From: a bacterium | GTDB lineage: Bacteria; Zhuqueibacterota; Zhuqueibacteria; Oceanimicrobiales; Oceanimicrobiaceae | Length of the DNA: 47,546 nucleotides | Assembly: GCA_046757165.1 (NCBI GenBank) | Contig: JBHHXT010000018.1 | Coordinates: 1 to 47,546 of the forward strand | Direction: 5' to 3' | Shown here: piece by piece, positions 45,769-47,546 of the stretch | How positions within the stretch are numbered: position 1 is the stretch's first letter | How the letters are laid out: each line of letters opens with the position of its first letter | Made by a program: the position numbers and the translations under genes | The notes under the pieces: generated by a model | What the model was told of the DNA's origin: nothing | Database searches by the model: none | What the model saw: only the letters and a program-made list of their open reading frames with translations

Positions 45769-47454
45769 ATGAAACGAATCCTAGTGTGTCTGGCGCTGTT
45801 GCACGTCAATGCGGTTGCGCAACAGAACGAGCTGTTGCAGGAATTCGCACGCGAGTTCTTTACCTGGCGCGCCGTGACGCAGCCCGCCTCCGGGGACGAT
45901 ATCTTGCGCGTGCAGCGGCCCGATGGCTGGCGGCCAGACTATTCGAAGCAGGCCGTCGAGCAGTACACGAAAGAATACAAAGCATTCAAGCGCCGCCTCG
46001 AGTCTATCCCCACGCATGGCTGGACACGTTCGGACAGTGTGGATTTCCTGCTTCTCCGGTCGGCAGTCGAACGCGTCAACTGGGAGCTGAATGTTTTGCG
46101 TTTGCACCGCCGAAGTCCGGACTTCTACCTCCACCAAACACTGGGCGCTCTGTACGAGCTGCTGTTGATTCATTCGGAGATGACGGATACGCGCGCCAGA
46201 AATATCATCGCCAGGATCAACTCTTTCCCGGCTACGCTCGAGCATGCCCGGGAGAATCTGCTCGAGCCGGTTGCGGCATTTGCGGATATTGCCCTGGTCA
46301 GCGGTCGGGACTCACCGGCGCGGCTCAGGCAGTGTGCCGCGGCTCTGAAGGAGCTGATGAAACCAGCGTTCCATGCCGGACTGGAGGCAGCAGTGGCCAA
46401 AGGTGCCCGCGCGCTCGAAGAGTACCTCGAATGGATTGCAGAGAAGAGAAAAACGATGTCCAACGACTACAGCGTTGGCCGGGCAGGGTATGCGTATTTC
46501 CTGAAGCAGGTGGCCTTGCTGCCCTACACGCCCGAGCAGCTTTTGATGATGGGGGAGCTGGAATGGAATCGTTCCGTGGCGTTTGACATGTACGAGCGGA
46601 TGCGCAATGCCAGCGTGCCGCCGGCCAGGCTTTTTTCTTCATCGGATGAGCAGATTGCTCAGTCGCGCCAGGATGAGGCGGCCATTCGCAGGTTCCTCGA
46701 GGAGAAAAATATCATGACCGTGCCGGGGTGGGTCCGGCATTACATCAATATCAAGATTCCGCAACACATCGCGCCGTTTGCCCACATGGGCGTCGTGGAT
46801 GACTTGACCTCGGAAACCCGCCTGGACGAGGACGGCGTCAGTTATATTCCGGAGCCCGCACCGGATCTCTCTTTCTTCCGCCTCGCCTCCGCGCAAGACC
46901 CGCGGCCACTTATCGTGCACGAGGGGGTGCCGGGACACTATTTTCAGCTCGTTCGCTCCTGGGCCAACGACAACCCCATCCGCCGGCGCTTCTTTGATTC
47001 CGGGCCAATCGAGGGCATTGGATTTTATGTGGAGGAGCTCATGCTGCAGTTCGGCCTGTTCGATGACCGACCGCGCACGCGGGAGATCATTTACCGCTTT
47101 ATGCGGCTGCGGGCCTTGCGCGTTGACGTCGACATCAATTTGGCCCTGGGCGACTACACGATTCCACAGGCTGCCAAATACCTGGCCGAGACCGTGCCGA
47201 TGGATTACGAGACCGCGCTGGAGGAGGCCGGTTTCTTCGCGCTCACGCCCGGGCAGGCCATTTCTTATCAAATTGGCAAGCTGCAGATTCTCGGGCTGAT
47301 CGCCGAGGCCAGGATCCGGCAGGGAGACAAGTTCGATCTGCGGGATTATCATGATTACATGATGGAAAATGGCAACGTCCCCATCGCGCTGCAGCGTTGG
47401 GAGTATTTGGGTTTGGCAGAGGAAAGTGCAAAGCTCTGGCCGGGTACAGATTAG
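45769..47454 (+). CDS. Secreted DUF885-family protein (putative metallopeptidase)
   Basis: Signal peptide; HEGVPGHYFQ, EGIGFYVE, PGQAISYQIGK, FDLRDYHD; RBS GGAG. Confidence 0.88.
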   Translation: MKRILVCLALLHVNAVAQQNELLQEFAREFFTWRAVTQPASGDDILRVQRPDGWRPDYSKQAVEQYTKEYKAFKRRLESIPTHGWTRSDSVDFLLLRSAVERVNWELNVLRLHRRSPDFYLHQTLGALYELLLIHSEMTDTRARNIIARINSFPATLEHARENLLEPVAAFADIALVSGRDSPARLRQCAAALKELMKPAFHAGLEAAVAKGARALEEYLEWIAEKRKTMSNDYSVGRAGYAYFLKQVALLPYTPEQLLMMGELEWNRSVAFDMYERMRNASVPPARLFSSSDEQIAQSRQDEAAIRRFLEEKNIMTVPGWVRHYINIKIPQHIAPFAHMGVVDDLTSETRLDEDGVSYIPEPAPDLSFFRLASAQDPRPLIVHEGVPGHYFQLVRSWANDNPIRRRFFDSGPIEGIGFYVEELMLQFGLFDDRPRTREIIYRFMRLRALRVDVDINLALGDYTIPQAAKYLAETVPMDYETALEEAGFFALTPGQAISYQIGKLQILGLIAEARIRQGDKFDLRDYHDYMMENGNVPIALQRWEYLGLAEESAKLWPGTD

Positions 47455-47546
47455 TCTGAGTTGTTCCTGTGTCTATCTGCACGCACCGATCCTACACGGT
47501 CTGTGACCGTGTATTTGAGGCTATGTGCTGGCCTGGATTCCAAAAC

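Noticed and set aside
45786..46586. 266-aa alternative-frame ORF inside the DUF885 gene
   Set aside because: Arg/Ala/Gly-rich off-frame product typical of GC-rich coding DNA.

Overview
A gene-dense, mostly housekeeping window from a moderately GC-rich bacterium. It uses Shine-Dalgarno sites and encodes proteins with T9SS-type-A/FlgD-Ig-like C-terminal domains, which suggests an FCB-group lineage outside Bacteroidota such as KSB1 or Calditrichota (inference). In order it holds ribD-ribE-ribBA-ribH, a PorZ-like beta-propeller protein, recN, murA, a CpoB-like TPR protein, dnaE, a Yip1 protein and an outer-membrane beta-barrel. Next come a complex I operon with only the seven membrane subunits (nuoA-H-J-K-L-M-N), an M14 carboxypeptidase, a minus-strand operon (DmpA-like, DUF2905, nfeD, slipin, YprB/MrfB-like exonuclease) and a 6S RNA. 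The rest comprises an FN3 protein, a KamA-like radical SAM enzyme convergent with an aminotransferase, two secreted proteins, a stand-alone fused 2-oxoacid dehydrogenase E1, a GAF-SpoIIE phosphatase with a cytochrome c, fabF with an AhpD-like gene, an acyl-CoA ligase and a DUF885 protein. The most notable observations are the membrane-arm-only nuo operon whose NuoK lacks a conserved Glu, a DnaE with an altered steric-gate motif, a candidate sigma28-type anti-SD small RNA, a structured dnaE leader and a degenerate attC-like cassette remnant. No complete CRISPR array, tRNA, rRNA or transposase was seen.
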